64,000 nucleotides of DNA, taken from assembly GCF_009914755.1 (NCBI RefSeq), contig NC_060932.1; one strand, given 5' to 3'. A program made the position numbers and the translations under genes. The first letter of the stretch is position 1; every line of letters begins with the position of its first letter. Shown here piece by piece: positions 61,301 through 64,000 of this stretch. Source of the stretch: the human T2T-CHM13v2.0 reference genome, Homo sapiens. The notes under the pieces were generated by a model. It did no database searches, was not told the DNA's origin, and saw nothing but the letters and a program-made list of their open reading frames with translations.

Positions 61301-64000
61301 AACACTCTTTTTGTAGAATATGCAAAGGGACTTAGGGGAGCTCATTGTGCCCTGTGGTGAAAAACCGAATGTCTTCAGACAAAAACTAGAAAGAAGCTAT
61401 CAGTGAAACTGCTTTGTGATGTGTAGATTCATCTCACAGTGTTAAACATTTCTTTTGATTCAGCAGATTGGAAGCATTCTGTTTTTAGAATCTGAAAAGG
61501 GACATTTTAAAGCCAATTGACACCTATAAAAAAATGGAATATCTCCAGATACAAACTAGAAAGAAGCTATCTGTGAAACTATTCTGAGATGGGTGGATTC
61601 ATCTCACTAAGATAAACTTTGTTTTGATTCATCAGGTTGGAAACACTCTTATTGTAGAATCTGTGAACTGACATTTGAACGCCCATTCAGACCTGTGGTG
61701 AAAAACTGAATATTCACAGGAAAAAACTAGAAGGGAAGTATCTGTTAAACTGCTTTGTGATATGTGGATTCTGCTCACAGTGTTAAACTTTTCTTTTGAC
61801 TCAGTAGTTTCAAAACAGTCTTTTTGTATAATCTGCTAATGGAAATTTGGAAGCCCACTGAGGCCTATGGTGAAAGACCAAATATCCCTAGATGAAAACT
61901 GGAAAGAGGCTACCTGTGAAACTGCTTTGGGATGTGTGGATTCATCTCTCAGAGTTAAACCTTCTTGTGATTCAACAGGTTGGAAACACATTTCTGTAGA
62001 ATCTGTGAAAAGACAATTAGGAGCCCGTTGTTTCCTATGGTTAAAAACCGAATATCCCCAGAGGAAAAAAAATAAGCTATCTGTGTAACTACTTTGTGAT
62101 GTGTGGATTCATCTCACAGAACTAAACTTTTCTTTTGATTGAGAAGGTTGGAAACACTTGTTTTGTAGAATCTGCAAGAAGACATTTCCGTGCCCATTGA
62201 GGCCAATGGTCAAAACCCGAATATCCCCAGTTAAAAACTAGAGGGAAGCTACCTGTGAAACTGCTTTGTGATGTGTTGATTCATCTCACAGAGTTAAATC
62301 TTTCTTTTCATTTGGCAAATTGGACACACTGTTTTTGTAGCATCTGCAAAGAAACATTTGAAAGCCCACTGAGGCATATGGTGAAAAACAATATCCCCAG
62401 ATAAAAACTAGAAAGAAGTGGTACGTAAAAGTGCTTTGTGATGTGGTGATGTGTTGATTCTTCTGACAGAATGAAATGTTTCTTTTGATTCTGCAAGATG
62501 GAAACACTATTTTTGTAGAATCTGTGAAGGGTCAATTTGGAGCCAATTGATGCCTTTGGTAAAAAAATGAATATCCCCACATAAAAACTAGCATGAAGCT
62601 GTCTGTAACAGTGCTTTGTAATGTGTGGATTCATTTCACAGAGATAACCCTTTCTTTTGATTCAGTAGGTTGGAAACACTGTTATTGTACAATCTGCTAA
62701 GAGACATTTGGAAGCCCATTGAGGCTTACAGTGAAAAACTGAATATCCCCAGATAAAAACAAGAAAGAAGCTATCTATGAAACTGCTTTGTGATGTGTGG
62801 ATTCATTTTACAAAGATAAACTTTTCTTTTGTTGCAGCAGGTTGGAAACTCTCTTTTTGTAGAATCTGTGAAGAAACATTTGGGAGCCCATTGATGTCTA
62901 TGGTGAAAACCCAAATATCCCCAGATAAAGACTGGAAAGAACCTCTCTGTGAAACTGCTCTGTGATGTGTGGATTCACCTCACAAAGTTAAACCTTTCTC
63001 TTGATTCAACAGGTTGGAACACACTTTTGGTAGAATCTGTGAAGGGAGATTTGGAGGCCCAATGAGACATATGGTGAAAAACTGAATATCCCCAAGTGAA
63101 AATTGGAAAAAAGCTATCTGTGAAACTGCTTTGTGATGTGTGGATTCGTCTCACACACTTACACCATTCTTTTGATTCCACAGGTTGGAAACACTCCTTT
63201 TGTAGAATCTGCAAAGAGACAGTTTGGAGCGAATTTATTCCTAAGGTGAAAAACCAAATATCCCCATTAAAAAAACTAGAAAAATCTATCTGTGAATGTG
63301 CTTTGGGATTTGTGAATTTATTACACAGGGATAAATTTTTTTTTGATTCAACATGTTGAAAAGAATATTTTTGTAAAATCTGTGAAGGGACATTTGAAAG
63401 CCCAATGAGGCATATGGTGACAACTTGAATATCCGCCGATAAAAACTAGAAAGAAGCTACCTGTGAAACTGCTTTGTGACGTGTGGGTTCATTTCATAGA
63501 GTTAAACCTTTCTTTTGATTCAACAAGTTGGAAACACTCTCTTTGCAGAATCTGCAAAGGGATATTTGAAAACCCTTTGAGGCCTATGGTGAAAACCAGA
63601 ATATCCCCAGATATAAACTAGAAGAAGCTATTTGTGAAACTTCTTTGTGATGGGTGAATTCATGTCACAGGGTTAAACCTCTCTATTGGTTAAGGAGGTT
63701 TGCAAAACTATTTATTTTTGCAACTATTTATTATTGAAAGCTTGTGGTGAAAATCCAAATACTCCCAGATAAAAACGAGAAAGAAGCTATCAGTGAAACT
63801 GCTTTGTGATATGTGGATTCATCTCGCAGAGTTAAACCTTTCTTTTGAATAAGCAAATTGGAAACTCTATTTTTGTGGAATATGTGAAGAGACATTTAAG
63901 AGCCCATTGAGGCCTATGTTGAAAAACAGGTTATCCCTAGATAAATACTAGAAAGAAGCTATCTGTTAAGCTGTTCTGTGATGTGGGGATTCATCTCTCA

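Larger units (their letters stand above)
12447..64000 (+). repeat. Divergent monomeric alpha satellite, ~172-bp A-type monomers (~300 copies, single orientation), ancient/relic layer
   Basis: The consensus ctgtgaaactgctttgtgatgtgtggattcatctcacagagttaaacctttcttttgattcagcaggttggaaacactctttttgtagaatctgcgaagggacatttgggagcccattgaggcctatggtgaaaaactgaatatccccagataaaaactagaaagaagctat counts to 172 bp. Monomers are highly divergent. The box position reads CTATRGTGAAAAACTGA (A-type); no NTTCGNNNNANNCGGGN CENP-B box was seen. Confidence 0.97.

Noticed and set aside
12830-63359. Short ORFs with KLLCDVWIHLTELNLSFDSAGWKHSFCRIC repeats
   Set aside because: These are alpha-satellite (and Alu) translations, not genes.
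12447-64000. CRISPR-like regularly spaced repeats
   Set aside because: The whole 172-bp unit repeats with no unique spacers, there are no cas genes, and the context is primate.

Overview
Primate (catarrhine, probably human or ape) pericentromeric DNA with no supportable protein-coding or RNA genes. Left to right: (1) 1-1447, the 5' end of a minus-strand gammaretrovirus-like provirus (HERV-T/HERVS71 type: LTR6-like 5' LTR at 920-1447, tRNA-Thr primer-binding site, splice donor, leader). (2) 1448-12451, about 50 units of GC-rich ~218-bp gamma satellite in two sub-arrays that switch near 7.1 kb, interrupted by an LTR14B-like (HERV-K14/HML-1) solo LTR at 5369-5939. (3) 12447-64000, about 300 same-strand, divergent 172-bp A-type alpha-satellite monomers (no CENP-B box seen; a relic 'dead centromere' layer) carrying two AluY insertions. 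I found no new protein-based system. The most interesting signals are structural: a microhomology-joined gamma/alpha junction; two unrelated ERVs inserted at nearly the same phase of the gamma unit; compensating indels that keep the gamma unit at ~218 bp; several templated-insertion (polymerase-theta-like) repair scars; relic multi-monomer duplications and two sub-layers inside 'monomeric' alpha satellite; and AluY copies that have lost almost all CpGs in the alpha array, whereas the gamma array keeps many. Family names come from my recall of consensus sequences, not from a database search, and all alignments were done by eye.
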